Positions 40,361-50,548 of a stretch of DNA of 64,000 nt are shown one piece after another. The position numbers were made by a program, and so were the translations under genes. The stretch is from Myxococcota bacterium (GTDB taxonomy: Bacteria; Myxococcota_A; UBA9160; UBA6930): positions 4,960,001 through 5,024,000 of the forward strand of contig OZ245002.1 in NCBI GenBank assembly GCA_965223415.1. Direction: 5' to 3'. Position 1 is the stretch's first letter; each line of letters begins with the position of its first letter. Below the pieces are notes generated by a model. The model made no database searches. It was not told where the DNA came from and saw only the letters and a list, made by a program, of their open reading frames with translations.

Positions 40361-42121
40361 CTACTCGCGGAGCGAGAAGCGCAGCTCCCGGTGGGTGGCG
40401 TCGACGAGCTTCTCCCGCTGGATGCGGGTCCCGTCCGGGAAGCGCAGCTCGAAGCGGTGGTGACCGGAGGCCAGGGTGACACCGGCGACCGGTGTGGTGC
40501 CGTGGTCGCGACCGTTGATCCAGAGGCGCGCCGGCGGCAGTGCGTCGATGCGCACGTCCACGAGCGGACCGTCGGCCGAGGAGGCGAAGGGGACCGGCGG
40601 AGGAAGCTCCGCCTGGGCCTCAACGGCCGCCACGCTCTCCGCGGGCTCCGTCTCCTGCGGCTCCCGGGAAGGAGCGGCCGGCGACGGTTCGGCCGTCGCC
40701 GGGTCGGCTCCCGGGGCCTCCGCTGAAGGCGGCTTCCGCTCCGGCATCTCCGCCGTGGGGGACTCGAGCTGGAGCGGTGACTCGTCGCCGAGGACTGCGG
40801 CTGCCGGCGGCGGCGCGGCTTCGGCCGCCGGGTCCGGCTCCAGCACGGGCCCGGGCCCGACCGCCTCCGTGACATCCCCGCCTTGCTCGGATCGCATCTC
40901 GACGAGGGGCTCTGCCGCAGGCGTTTCTGCCACCTCGAGGGCGGCCTCCAGAGGCTCCTCGGGGAGATCGGCCGGCTCCGGGGCTGTCGTCCCCGGCGGC
41001 ACGCGGACCTCGGGCTCGGAGATGGAAGCCGCAGCCGGTGCCTCGGCGGCGCGTTCGGGTGGGCGCGGGTCCGAGGGCCCCGAGCGCAGGGCGAAGATGA
41101 GCCCGAAGCCCAGGAGCATCGATCCCAGCAGGAGCGGCAGATGGCGGCGCAGCCCGCCCCGCTGCGTGGTGGGCGGGCTGGGCCGGGTCGGGGGAGGCCC
41201 GGGGACACGAGGCGCCGAGGGCGCGACGACGCGCTCGGCCCGCCACTCGAACGCGGCGGTCTCGGAAGGCGGTGCCGCGGCCAGGGCCTCCCCCGGAGGC
41301 TCGACGAGAGGTGCCTCCTCCTCGGCGGCCCTCCCCGTCTCCTCCACCTCGAGCCACTGCTCCCGCCGGGCGAAGCGGTCGCGGTCCGCCTCCGGGCGAC
41401 CGCGCAAGAACTGGACCGCGAGGGCGTGCAGCTCGCGGGGGAGCCCGCCCGACTCGCGGTGGAGCCAGGAGACCACGGGCTCCGCGAACCGCTCGCGCAC
41501 GACGGCGGTGGCGCCGCTCGCCCGCAGGCGCTCCGCCACGTAGGCGTGGGTTTCCTCCTCGGTCATCGGGGCGTTGAAGCGCACCAGGGCGACCTCGGCG
41601 CCCAGAGCCGCGAGGACGCGGCCGGCGCGGGAATCGTCGATCGGCACCGCGAGCACGCGCAGGGCGCCTTCCGACTGGCGCGCCAGGTCGCCGATCGCCC
41701 GGGCCGTCTCGATCGGGAGCCCGCTCGCGTCGTCGATGGCAAGCAGGAGGCCGCGGCCGGTCTCGGCACGGGCATGGGCGGCCTCCAGTAGCGCGCCGCC
41801 GGGGTCCGAGTAGGGCCCCTGGTCCTCCCCCAGGAGGCCCAAGACCCAATGACAGAGATCGTCCAGCTCCACCGCCGCATAGGGCAGGACGAGCACCTCG
41901 GCCTCGTTCTCGAGCCGCGACGCCAGGACCCGCAGGAGCTGGGTCTTCCCGATCCCATTGGGTCCGACCAGCGCGATGCACGGAGCGCCGCGCCGATGGG
42001 CGGCCTGGAGCTCTTCGAGGGCACGCTCGCAGGCCGGCCGCGGGATGTAGCCCTCGGCGCCGGTCGTGAGGGCGAAGGGGTCGGCGCCCGCCGGGAGCGC
42101 GGGCTCGTCGCTCGTCGTCAT
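40361..42121 (-). CDS. ExeA/GspA-like AAA ATPase with TM helix, Pro/Glu-rich linker and C-terminal PEGA-like domain
   Basis: DPF start, Walker A GPNGIGKT, LLLAIDDA, SGGLPREL, TM segment, LWINGRDHGTTP. Confidence 0.75.
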   Translation of the reverse strand: MTTSDEPALPAGADPFALTTGAEGYIPRPACERALEELQAAHRRGAPCIALVGPNGIGKTQLLRVLASRLENEAEVLVLPYAAVELDDLCHWVLGLLGEDQGPYSDPGGALLEAAHARAETGRGLLLAIDDASGLPIETARAIGDLARQSEGALRVLAVPIDDSRAGRVLAALGAEVALVRFNAPMTEEETHAYVAERLRASGATAVVRERFAEPVVSWLHRESGGLPRELHALAVQFLRGRPEADRDRFARREQWLEVEETGRAAEEEAPLVEPPGEALAAAPPSETAAFEWRAERVVAPSAPRVPGPPPTRPSPPTTQRGGLRRHLPLLLGSMLLGFGLIFALRSGPSDPRPPERAAEAPAAASISEPEVRVPPGTTAPEPADLPEEPLEAALEVAETPAAEPLVEMRSEQGGDVTEAVGPGPVLEPDPAAEAAPPPAAAVLGDESPLQLESPTAEMPERKPPSAEAPGADPATAEPSPAAPSREPQETEPAESVAAVEAQAELPPPVPFASSADGPLVDVRIDALPPARLWINGRDHGTTPVAGVTLASGHHRFELRFPDGTRIQREKLVDATHRELRFSLRE

Positions 42122-42139
42122 GGGGAGATGCGCCGCCGC

Positions 42140-42526
42140 CTACAGGAGCGCACGGATCTCCTGGAGCTCGCCGCGGATCCGCTTCAGCTCCGCCCGCGGA
42201 TCGGCTTCCAGGGCCATCTCGAGCTGCGGTGTGTCGAGGGCCCGGCCGACGCCGAGCTCCCGCAGCTTCTTGCGCGCCCCGGCGATGGTGAAGCGCTCCT
42301 CGTAGAGCAGGCGCTTGATCAGCTGGATGATCTCGATGTCGCGCTTGCGATAGAGCCGCTGCTTCGAGCGCGATTTCGCCGGCGCCATCCAGCGGAACTC
42401 GGATTCCCAGTAGCGGAGCACGTAGGGCTTCACGTCGGTGATCCGGCTGACCTCGCCGATGCGGTAGTAGAGCTTCTCGCCGCTCTCTCCGCCGTCGCCC
42501 TTCGCACTGCCGTGCTTCTTCGCCAC
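42140..42526 (-). CDS. MerR-family regulator (ihfA-linked)
   Basis: KLYYRIGEVS...YVLRYWESEF...RLY...FTIAGARKKL. Confidence 0.92.
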   Translation of the reverse strand: MAKKHGSAKGDGGESGEKLYYRIGEVSRITDVKPYVLRYWESEFRWMAPAKSRSKQRLYRKRDIEIIQLIKRLLYEERFTIAGARKKLRELGVGRALDTPQLEMALEADPRAELKRIRGELQEIRALL

Positions 42527-42571
42527 GCTCCCCCCTTCTTCCCGGCCGGTCGACCGGGAAAGACGCGTTGG

Positions 42572-42886
42572 CTAGACCTCGCCGCCCTGGGCCGTCTCGC
42601 TCCGGGCGCCGTCCTCGTTCAGCACATTCTTTAGCACGAGGCTGGGCTTGAAGGTGAGCACCCGCCGCGCGGCCAGGCGGATCTCCTCGCCGGTCTGCGG
42701 GTTGCGCCCCTTGCGGGCGTTCTTCTGGCGAACCACGAAGTTCCCGAAGCCCGAGATCTTGACCTTCTCCCCCTCCGCGAGGGTCTCCTTGATGATGTCG
42801 AAGACCTTCTCCACCAGCTCCGCGGACTCCTTCTTCGAGAAGCCCACGCGCTCGTAGATGTGCTCGACGATGTCGGCTTTGGTCAC
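42572..42886 (-). CDS. ihfA: Integration host factor alpha
   Basis: VKISGFGNF, GRNPQTGEEI and RRVLTFKPS; follows pheT. Confidence 0.95.
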   Translation of the reverse strand: MTKADIVEHIYERVGFSKKESAELVEKVFDIIKETLAEGEKVKISGFGNFVVRQKNARKGRNPQTGEEIRLAARRVLTFKPSLVLKNVLNEDGARSETAQGGEV

Positions 42887-42953
42887 GCTCTCTCCCCCTT
42901 CCCTGCGTCCCCGAGCCTAACGGAGCCGGATCCGGAGACCCATCGCCTCCGGG

Positions 42954-45362
42954 TCACCGGAGCTCCGCCCCGAAACGCTCGGACAGGACCTGAACGACGC
43001 GCTCGATGGCCTGGGCCACCTCGGCGTCCGTGAGTGTGCGGTCGGTGCGCTGGAAGTGCATCCGGAAGGCCAGGCTGAGCTTGCCCTCGGGGACGCCGCG
43101 TCCCTCGTAGCGATCGAACAGATGCACCGAGTGCAGGGAGGCGCCGGCCTTCTTGCGCACGGCCTGGAGCAGCTCGCCCGCCGGCGTGCCGGCATCGACC
43201 AGCAGGGCCAGGTCGCGCCGGACCCGCGGGTGCCGGGACACCTCCTGGTAGCGCCGGGGCTCCGGGGCCAGGCCGTCCAGGGCGTCGAGATCCACCACGA
43301 GCACCGCCGTCGGCACATCGATCTCGAAGTGGGCGGCGGTCTCCGGGTGGAGCTCGCCCACGCAGGCCACGAGGCGGCCCTGGACGCGGAGCTCGCCGGC
43401 GGCGCCCGGGTGCAGGAAGGGCTCGTCCGAGCCGGCGCGGAACTCCGGGCGCCGTCCGAGCTCGGCCAGGAGCCGCTCGCCCGTGCCCTTGGCCCGGAAG
43501 AAGACGGGGACGTCGCCGCTTCCCCACAGATCGTCGCCGCCGCTATCGGAGATCGCAGCGACGGCCTGGAGGGGCTCGCGTTCGTGCCAGGCCTCCGGGC
43601 GATCGGTGCCACCCTGGAAGACGCGGCTTACCTCGTAGAGCGCCACCCGCTCGGCCTGGCGGGCCCGGTTGGCGCGAACGGCGCGGAGGACCGAGGGCAG
43701 GAGATGGGTGCGCAGCACCGAATCGCCGGCCTGGATCGGGTTCACTAGGGGGACGTGCGCGCGCCGCGGATCGTCCGGGGCCAGGCGCAGGCCGTCGTCG
43801 TCGGCGGGCGGGCAGCCCGGGAAGGTCATGACCTCGGCCAGACCCGCGCCGACCAGGGCGTCCCGGACGGCCTCACGGGTGCGCCGGCGCGGAGCGACGC
43901 GGACGCCGGCTAGGGGGCCGCTCGGAAGCGTGGGCTCGATGGCGTCGTAGCCGAAGACCCGCGCCACCTCCTCGACCAGGTCGGCCGGCAGGTGCAGGTC
44001 GCTCCGCCAGCTCGGCGGCTGGCAGCGGAGGGCGTCCCCCGCTGGCTCGCAGGCGACGTCGACCTGGGCGAGCAGCCCGGCGATCTCGTCCCGTCCCAGG
44101 GCGGTGCCGAGCAGGCGGTTCACCCCCTCTGGCGAGAGATCGATGGCGCCGGCCCGCGGCGCGGGATCACCCAGCGCCTCCACCGGGCCGCGGGAGACCT
44201 CCCCGCCGGCCAGCTCCACGATTAGCCGCGCCGCCCGATCGGCGGCGCGCCCCTGCCCCTCCGGGTCGACGCCGCGCTCGAAGCGGTAGGAGGCGTCGCT
44301 CCGCAGGGCCAGGCGCTTGGCCGTCCGGCGCACCCGGGAGGGATCGAAGTGGGCGCTCTCGAGCAGCAGGCTCGTCGTCTCGTCGCCGACCTCGCTCTCG
44401 GCACTACCCATCACCCCGGCGATGGCGATGGCGCCCTCCCCATCGGCGATCACCAGGTCCTCCCGGCGCAGCTCCCGATCCTCGCCGTCGAGAGTGAGGA
44501 TCTTCTCGCCGTCGTCGGCGGCGCGCACGCACACGGCGCCGCCCCGCAGCTTGTCCAGGTCGAAGGCGTGGAGCGGTTGGCCGAGCTCCAGCATCACGAG
44601 GTTCGTCGCGTCGACGACGTTGTTGACCGAGCGGAGGCCGGCGGCCTCGAGCCGCTGCTGCAGCCATTCCGGCGACGGGCCCACTCGCACGCCCCGGACC
44701 ACGCGCCCGACGTAGCGGTGGCAGCCAGCGGCGTCCTCGATGGCAATGGCCACGTCCTCGCTGGCTTCCCGGTCGCCCTCGCTCACGTCGCAGGGCGGCA
44801 GGGTGAGCTCCCCGCCGAAGTGGGTCTGCACCTCGCGGGCCATGCCGAGCATCGACACCCAGTCGCCGCGGTTCGGTGTGATCTCCACGTCGAGCACGGT
44901 CTCGCCGCTGGGCAGCACCTGGTCGAGAGGTGCTCCGATCGGTGCCTCGGCGTCGAGCACGAGGATGCCTTCGTGCCCGTCGCCCAGGCCGAGCTCGCTC
45001 TCGGAGCAGATCATGCCGTGGGACTTCACGCCGCGGATCTTCGAGCGCTTGATCTTGAGGCCGCCCGGCAGGACGGTGCCGTGGGTGGCCACCGCCACCC
45101 GCTGGCCGGCGGCGACGTTCGGCGCGCCACACACGATCTCGAGGGGCTCGCCCTCGCCCACGTCCACCGCGCAGACCGAGAGACGATCTGCGTCCGGGTG
45201 CTGGGCCCGCTCGAGGACGTGGCCGACGCGGAGGGCCGACAGGTCGGCTCCGGTCAGGGTCACGTCCTCGATCTCGAGCCCGCCGACGGTGAGGCGCTCT
45301 TCGAGGGCCCCGCGCTCCGGCAGCGGGATCCACTCGGCGAGCCAGCCCAAGGGAACCTTCAT
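42954..45362 (-). CDS. pheT: Phenylalanyl-tRNA synthetase beta subunit
   Basis: HPDADRL, VCGAPN, TPNRGD, RFERGVD and DRTLTD. Confidence 0.96.
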   Translation of the reverse strand: MKVPLGWLAEWIPLPERGALEERLTVGGLEIEDVTLTGADLSALRVGHVLERAQHPDADRLSVCAVDVGEGEPLEIVCGAPNVAAGQRVAVATHGTVLPGGLKIKRSKIRGVKSHGMICSESELGLGDGHEGILVLDAEAPIGAPLDQVLPSGETVLDVEITPNRGDWVSMLGMAREVQTHFGGELTLPPCDVSEGDREASEDVAIAIEDAAGCHRYVGRVVRGVRVGPSPEWLQQRLEAAGLRSVNNVVDATNLVMLELGQPLHAFDLDKLRGGAVCVRAADDGEKILTLDGEDRELRREDLVIADGEGAIAIAGVMGSAESEVGDETTSLLLESAHFDPSRVRRTAKRLALRSDASYRFERGVDPEGQGRAADRAARLIVELAGGEVSRGPVEALGDPAPRAGAIDLSPEGVNRLLGTALGRDEIAGLLAQVDVACEPAGDALRCQPPSWRSDLHLPADLVEEVARVFGYDAIEPTLPSGPLAGVRVAPRRRTREAVRDALVGAGLAEVMTFPGCPPADDDGLRLAPDDPRRAHVPLVNPIQAGDSVLRTHLLPSVLRAVRANRARQAERVALYEVSRVFQGGTDRPEAWHEREPLQAVAAISDSGGDDLWGSGDVPVFFRAKGTGERLLAELGRRPEFRAGSDEPFLHPGAAGELRVQGRLVACVGELHPETAAHFEIDVPTAVLVVDLDALDGLAPEPRRYQEVSRHPRVRRDLALLVDAGTPAGELLQAVRKKAGASLHSVHLFDRYEGRGVPEGKLSLAFRMHFQRTDRTLTDAEVAQAIERVVQVLSERFGAELR

Positions 45363-46351
45363 CAGAACTGCTCGACGGTCCGGACGTCGCCGTCGAAGAA
45401 GAGCTGGATGTTGGGGATGTCCCAACGGATCATCGCCGTGCGGTCGATGCCCATGCCGAAGGCGAAGCCCTGGTAGCGCTCGGGATCGATGCCGCAGTTC
45501 AGCAGCACCCGCGGGTGGATCATCCCGCAGCCGCCCCACTCGAGCCATCGCCCGCCCCAGCCGATGTCGATCTCGGCCGAGGGCTCGGTGAAGGGGAAGA
45601 AGTGGGCGCGAAAGCGCATCTCGGTGCTATCGCCGAACAGGTGCCGGGCGAAGGCGAAGAGCGTGCCCTTCAGATCGGCGAAGGTCGTGCGCTCGTCGAC
45701 GCAGACCGCCTCGATCTGGTGGAACATCGGGTAGTGGGTGCCGTCGAGGTCGTGGCGGTAGACCCGCCCCGGCGAGACGAAGCGGAACGGGGGCTTGCGG
45801 CCGCTCATGGCCCGGATCTGCACGTTCGAAGTGTGGGTGCGCAGGACGTTGCCGCCGGGCACGAAGAAGGTGTCCTGCATGTCGCGGGCGGGATGGTCCT
45901 CGGGGAAGTTCAGGCCGCCGAAATTGTTCCAGTCCGTCTCGAGCTCGGGGCCGTCCTCGATGCCGTAGCCGAGCTCGGCGAAGAAGGCGCACATCTCCCG
46001 CTCGATCTGGGTGGTCGGGTGCAGGTGGCCCCTCGGCGGGGCGAAGCCCGGGAGCGTCACGTCGAGCTTGTGCTCGACGATCTCCCGCTCACGGTCCGCG
46101 CTCTCGAGGGCCTCCTTGCGGGCCGCCGCCCAGGCCTCGATCCGCTCCTTGGCCCGATTGGCCGCCTGCCCGACGGCGGCTCGCTCCGCTCCGGAGAGGC
46201 TGCCGATGCTGCGCAGCACCGCCGAGACCGAACCCTTCTTGCCGAGGAAGCTCGCCCGCACCTCGGCCAGGGCCTGGACGGAGCTCGCCTCGCCGAGGGC
46301 CTGCTCGGCAAGGGCGACCACGCGCTCCAGGTTCTCCTCGGCGGCGGACAA
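45362..46351 (-). CDS. pheS: Phenylalanyl-tRNA synthetase alpha subunit
   Basis: HPARDMQDTF, LRTHTS, FPFTEPS and GFAFGMGIDR; TTG start inferred. Confidence 0.95.
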   Translation of the reverse strand: MSAAEENLERVVALAEQALGEASSVQALAEVRASFLGKKGSVSAVLRSIGSLSGAERAAVGQAANRAKERIEAWAAARKEALESADREREIVEHKLDVTLPGFAPPRGHLHPTTQIEREMCAFFAELGYGIEDGPELETDWNNFGGLNFPEDHPARDMQDTFFVPGGNVLRTHTSNVQIRAMSGRKPPFRFVSPGRVYRHDLDGTHYPMFHQIEAVCVDERTTFADLKGTLFAFARHLFGDSTEMRFRAHFFPFTEPSAEIDIGWGGRWLEWGGCGMIHPRVLLNCGIDPERYQGFAFGMGIDRTAMIRWDIPNIQLFFDGDVRTVEQF

Positions 46352-46355
46352 GGCG

Positions 46356-46712
46356 CTAGGCGACCTGGGACTTCGCCAGCTTCGCCAGCTCCGCGAAGGC
46401 CGCCGGATCGGAGACGGCCAGGTCGGCCAGGTTCTTGCGATCGATCTCCACGCCGGCCAGGCCGAGGCCGTGGATGAGGCGGCTGTAGGAGAGGTCGTTC
46501 TCGCGGGCCGCCGCATTGATGCGGGCGATCCACAGCGAGCGGAACTCGCGCTTCTTCGCCTTGCGGTCGCGGTAGCCGTACTTCCAGCCCTTCTCCACCG
46601 CCTCGCGGGCGGTCTTGATCAGCCGGTGGCGGGTGCCCTGGTATCCCTTGGCGGCCCGCAGCACCCGCTTGTGTCGGGCGTGGGAGGCCTTGCCTCGCTT
46701 CACTCGCGGCAT
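46356..46712 (-). CDS. rplT: 50S ribosomal protein L20
   Basis: [29 protein letters not shown]. Confidence 0.97.
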   Translation of the reverse strand: MPRVKRGKASHARHKRVLRAAKGYQGTRHRLIKTAREAVEKGWKYGYRDRKAKKREFRSLWIARINAAARENDLSYSRLIHGLGLAGVEIDRKNLADLAVSDPAAFAELAKLAKSQVA

Positions 46713-46736
46713 CGTTCTTCTCCCTCTGCCCGTTCC

Positions 46737-46934
46737 CTAGAGGTAGGGGACGAGCTGCTTCACGCGCTTCTTGTCGGCAGCGGAGATCTCGCCCACCTCG
46801 CGCAGGTGGCGCTTCCGCTTCGTCCGCATCTTGGTGAGGATGTGGCGCTTGTTGCGTTTCTGGTGCCGGAGCTTTCCGGTCCCTGACTTCTTGAGGCGCT
46901 TGGCGGCGCCCCGGTGGGATTTCATCTTGGGCAT
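46737..46934 (-). CDS. rpmI: 50S ribosomal protein L35
   Basis: [13 protein letters not shown]...HILTK. Confidence 0.97.
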   Translation of the reverse strand: MPKMKSHRGAAKRLKKSGTGKLRHQKRNKRHILTKMRTKRKRHLREVGEISAADKKRVKQLVPYL

Positions 46935-47548
46935 CAGCCCTCTCCTCCTGCTTCGCTCTGGGCGGCCTCTGCCTCCTTGGCGCGGGCCTCGGCGGCCTCC
47001 ATCTCCTTGCGGGCGACCTCGACAGCCTCCCGGTTCGGAACCAGCACCATGGAGAGGAAGCGCCCCGTCATCTGGGGCGGGTTCTCCACCGTCACCAGCT
47101 CGCCGAGCAGCTCCTTCACCCGATCGAGCTTGGCGAAGCCGACCTTGCGATGGGCCATCTCCCGGCCGCGGAACATGACGGTGATCTTCACCTTGTCGCC
47201 GTCGATCAGGAAGCGCCGAGCGTTGTTCACCTTGAACTCGAGGTCGTGGTCGTCCGTGTTGGGACGCATCTTCACTTCCTTGAGTGCGGCAGCCCGGCCC
47301 TTCCCCTTGGCCTTGGCGGCGGCCGCCTTCTTCTTCTGCTCGTACTTGTACTTCCCGTAATCCATGATCCGGCAGACCGGCGGCCGGGCGTTGGGTGCGA
47401 CCTCGACCAGGTCGTAACCCTCTTCCTCGGCCCGGGCGCGCGCCTCGTCGGCGGCGACCACCCCCAGCTGCTCTCCGTCCGCTCCGATCAGCATGACCTC
47501 GCGGACGCGGATCTTCTCGTTGATCCTGACGGCGTCTTTCTCAGCGAT
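46934..47548 (-). CDS. infC: Translation initiation factor IF-3, non-canonical ATC start
   Basis: GGAGG-N8-ATC GCT GAG...[25 protein letters not shown] and FRGRE motifs. Confidence 0.93.
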   Translation of the reverse strand: MAEKDAVRINEKIRVREVMLIGADGEQLGVVAADEARARAEEEGYDLVEVAPNARPPVCRIMDYGKYKYEQKKKAAAAKAKGKGRAAALKEVKMRPNTDDHDLEFKVNNARRFLIDGDKVKITVMFRGREMAHRKVGFAKLDRVKELLGELVTVENPPQMTGRFLSMVLVPNREAVEVARKEMEAAEARAKEAEAAQSEAGGEG

Positions 47549-47568
47549 ACGAGTACCCTCCGGGCGTC

Positions 47569-49506
47569 TCAGACCTGGCGGCGAGCGACTTGCTCGGCCA
47601 GATCCGTGACGAATGCATCGACGGACACCGCGTCTCCGCCGCGCTCGGCATCACGCCGGAAGCGCGGGGTAACGGTGCCCTGCTGCACCTCCTGATCGCC
47701 GATCACGGCCATCACGGGGATCTTCTGCAGCTCCGCCTCGCGGATCTTAAAGCCGAGCTTCTCGGACCGCTCGTCGAGGTGGGCGCGCAGGCCGGCGGCC
47801 TCGAGGGCCGCCCGGACCTTGTGGGCGTACTCGGCATGGCGATCGGTGATCGGCAGCAGCGCCACCTGCACCGGGGCCAGCCAGAGCGGGAAGTCCCCAC
47901 CGGTGTGCTCGATGTAGAGCGCGAGGAAGCGCTCGATCGAGCCGAGCACGGCCCGGTGCAGCATCGCGGGCTGGTGGTCGCCGCCGTCGCGGCCGACGTA
48001 GCGGAGGCCGAAGCGACCGGGCATGCCCATGTCGACCTGGAGCGTGCCGAGGGTCCAGGAGCGGCCCAGCACGTCCTTGAAGTCGCAGGCGATCTTGGGA
48101 CCGTAGAAGGCGGCCTCGCCGGGCTTGATGCCGCACGCGTAGCCCGCCGAGCGCACCGCCTCCTCGAGCTGGCGCTCGCCCCGCTCCCAGTCGGCCACCT
48201 CGCCGATGAATCCCTCCTCAGGGCGCGTCTCCAGGTTGATCTCCACGCCCTCGAGGCCGAGGGCGCCGTACACCTCGCTCATCATCTCGAAGAAGCGGTG
48301 GATCTCGTTCTCGACCTGGTCGGGCTCGCAGTAGATATGGGCGTCGTCCTGGGCGAAGGAGCGCACCCGCGCGAGGCCCGTCAGCGTGCCGCTGCGCTCG
48401 TTGCGGTGGAGGCGCGAGAACTCCGCCAGCCGAAGGGGCAGCTCGCGGTAGGAACGCTTCTTCGCGTTGAACAGCCGGCAATGTCCCGGGCAGTTCATGG
48501 CCTTGACGCCGAGCTCCTCGCCCTCGTCGGCCCCTTCGAACCAGAACATGTCGTCGCGGAAGTTGTCGTAGTGGCCGGAGGTCTTGAAGATCTCGGAGCG
48601 GAAGAGCTGAGGGAGCATTACCTCCTGGTAGCCGTACTTCGGGTAGAGGGATTTCACGAAGTCGACCAGCCCGTTGTAAACGACCATGCCCTTCGGCAGC
48701 CAGAAGGGCGAGCCGGGCGAGAGGGGATCGAGGTGGAAGAGCTCGAGCTGGGCGCCGACGCGCCGGTGGTCGCGCTCCTTCGCCTCCTCGAGGCGCTGAA
48801 GGTGCTCCGCCAGCTCCTGCTTCGTGGCGAAGGCGGTGCCGTAGATGCGCTGGAGCATCTCGTTGCGCTCGTCGCCCCGCCAGTAGGCGCCGGCGGCCTC
48901 GAGCAGGGTGACGGCGCCGATCTGCTTGGTGGTCTGGACGTGGGGGCCGCGGCACAGGTCCACGAAGTCGCCGTGGCGGAAGAGCGTGATGGTCTCGCCC
49001 TCGGGGATGTCGTCGAGGCGCGAGACCTTGAGGTGCTCGCCGGCCTCCAGGAACAGCCGCTTCGCCTCCTCGCGGCTCACCTCCTCCCGCACGAACTCGC
49101 TCTTCTCCTTCACGATCTTGCGCATCTCGGCCTCGATGCGCTCCAGGTCCTCCGGCGTGAAGGGCTCGGCGACCTTGAAGTCGTACTGGAACTTCTCGCT
49201 GTGGTCGGCCCGGCCCGCGTCCACCTGGGCCGCGGGGAAGAGCCGCTTCACCGCGTCGGCCATGACGTGCTCGGCGGAGTGGCGGATCACGAGGGCGCCC
49301 TGGGGGTCCTTCGCCGTCACGATCTCGAGCCGCGCCACGTCGTCGCGGAGAGGGGCCCGCAGGTCGACCAACTCGCCTTCGATCCGGCCGGCCAGGGCCG
49401 CCCGGGCGAGCCCCGCTCCGATCTCCCGCGCGACGTCCAGCACCGTGGCACCCGTGGGCACGGAGAGCGTCCGACCGTCGGGAAGCCCGACTGCCAGGTT
49501 GCTCAT
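47569..49506 (-). CDS. thrS: Threonyl-tRNA synthetase
   Basis: RHSAEH, DLCRGPH, QRIYG, RDHR, MNCPGH, FYGPK and HRAVLGSIERF. Confidence 0.97.
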   Translation of the reverse strand: MSNLAVGLPDGRTLSVPTGATVLDVAREIGAGLARAALAGRIEGELVDLRAPLRDDVARLEIVTAKDPQGALVIRHSAEHVMADAVKRLFPAAQVDAGRADHSEKFQYDFKVAEPFTPEDLERIEAEMRKIVKEKSEFVREEVSREEAKRLFLEAGEHLKVSRLDDIPEGETITLFRHGDFVDLCRGPHVQTTKQIGAVTLLEAAGAYWRGDERNEMLQRIYGTAFATKQELAEHLQRLEEAKERDHRRVGAQLELFHLDPLSPGSPFWLPKGMVVYNGLVDFVKSLYPKYGYQEVMLPQLFRSEIFKTSGHYDNFRDDMFWFEGADEGEELGVKAMNCPGHCRLFNAKKRSYRELPLRLAEFSRLHRNERSGTLTGLARVRSFAQDDAHIYCEPDQVENEIHRFFEMMSEVYGALGLEGVEINLETRPEEGFIGEVADWERGERQLEEAVRSAGYACGIKPGEAAFYGPKIACDFKDVLGRSWTLGTLQVDMGMPGRFGLRYVGRDGGDHQPAMLHRAVLGSIERFLALYIEHTGGDFPLWLAPVQVALLPITDRHAEYAHKVRAALEAAGLRAHLDERSEKLGFKIREAELQKIPVMAVIGDQEVQQGTVTPRFRRDAERGGDAVSVDAFVTDLAEQVARRQV

Positions 49507-49516
49507 GTGCGCGGGT

Positions 49517-49582
49517 AGAGGCGGGAATGCATGATGGATCGGTTCGGAGGATCCCCGCAGAGGCGGGAATGCATGATGGATC
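49517..49582. repeat. Two-copy 24-bp direct repeat (42-bp period) between tRNA-Val and thrS
   Basis: AGAGGCGGGAATGCATGATGGATC at 49517-49540 and 49559-49582. Confidence 0.9.
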
Positions 49583-49593
49583 AGCTCGCAGGA

Positions 49594-49669
49594 TGGTAGG
49601 CACGGGCGGGGTCGAACCGCCGACCTCCGCCGTGTCAAGGCGGCGCTCTAGCCACTGAGCTACGTGCCT
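49594..49669 (-). tRNA. tRNA-Val(GAC)
   Basis: AGGCACGTAGCTCAGTGGCTAGAGCGCCGCCTTGACACGGCGGAGGTCGGCGGTTCGACCCCGCCCGTGCCTACCA. Confidence 0.96.
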
Positions 49670-49692
49670 ATCGGCCAGCTAAGAGCTCGAAA

Positions 49693-49721
49693 TCAGTACC
49701 GATTCACCGATTCCGTGTCAA
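49693..49721 (-). promoter_or_regulatory. Sigma70 promoter of the tRNA-Val/thrS operon
   Basis: TTGACA, 17-nt spacer, TACTGA. Confidence 0.6.
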
Positions 49722-50548
49722 TCGGACGGCGCCCGGACCGGTCCGCCCGCGCCGGATGCCGCGGCGGGGGCGAGAAGCCGCACCCGGACGCGGAGCTCGC
49801 CCGGGCCCTGGGAGAGCGGGATCAGCTCGAGGCGGCCCTCCGGATCGCCGGCCAGCCGGTCCAGGAGCTGTCCCGGGCGGCCCGGGGCCTCGACCCGCAG
49901 CACGACCCGGCCCGCCTCGAAGCGCTCGGGCACCGCCAGGCGCGCCTCGCCGCGTCGGCGGAGCTGGTCGACGAAGGCGGCGTAGGCCGCCCAGTCGGTG
50001 GTCTCGACGATCACCCGATGGGCGTGGGAGGGGATCTGGCCGGGCACGGTCCGGATCCAACCGGCGCTGCGCAGGCCCCGGGCGACCCGGTCCACGTCGA
50101 CCTGCACCTCGATCTCGACGGCGTACTCGACGGAGACTGCCGGATCCCGGAGCACCCGGGCGGCCCGCTCGCCATGCTCCGTCAGTACCCGGTAGCGGAC
50201 GGCGTAGTCGGCGGGGGCGCCCCCCAGCGCCGCCAGGACGTCCAGGTCCTGCGGCACCGCGCCCCGATCGGCGGCCACGAGATCCTCGCCCACCTGGCGG
50301 ACCGCCTCGCCGATGCCCTGGCGAAGGGCCGCCTGCCGGGGCGAACGACCTGCCGGCGCCTGGTCGCCGGCCGGGCTCACCCCTTCCACGACCAGCCGGG
50401 CCGGCGCCACGGCCGGGGCCGCTCCAGCGATGAGCAGGAGGAGCCCCGCCGTGACGAGGGCGACCCCGCCCCAAAGGGGCCCGTTGCCGTTGGCCCCGTG
50501 CCCCCGCCTCACGGGCCTGTTGCTGTTGCCCACGCCCCCGCCCCTCAC
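49718..50548 (-). CDS. Hypothetical exported or membrane protein
   Basis: GTGA overlap with the dnaE stop; N-terminal hydrophobic helix. Confidence 0.55.
   Translation of the reverse strand: MRGGGVGNSNRPVRRGHGANGNGPLWGGVALVTAGLLLLIAGAAPAVAPARLVVEGVSPAGDQAPAGRSPRQAALRQGIGEAVRQVGEDLVAADRGAVPQDLDVLAALGGAPADYAVRYRVLTEHGERAARVLRDPAVSVEYAVEIEVQVDVDRVARGLRSAGWIRTVPGQIPSHAHRVIVETTDWAAYAAFVDQLRRRGEARLAVPERFEAGRVVLRVEAPGRPGQLLDRLAGDPEGRLELIPLSQGPGELRVRVRLLAPAAASGAGGPVRAPSD

Noticed and set aside
49517..49582. Possible CRISPR array
   Set aside because: Only two copies, an 18-nt spacer that is itself partly repeated, and no cas genes.
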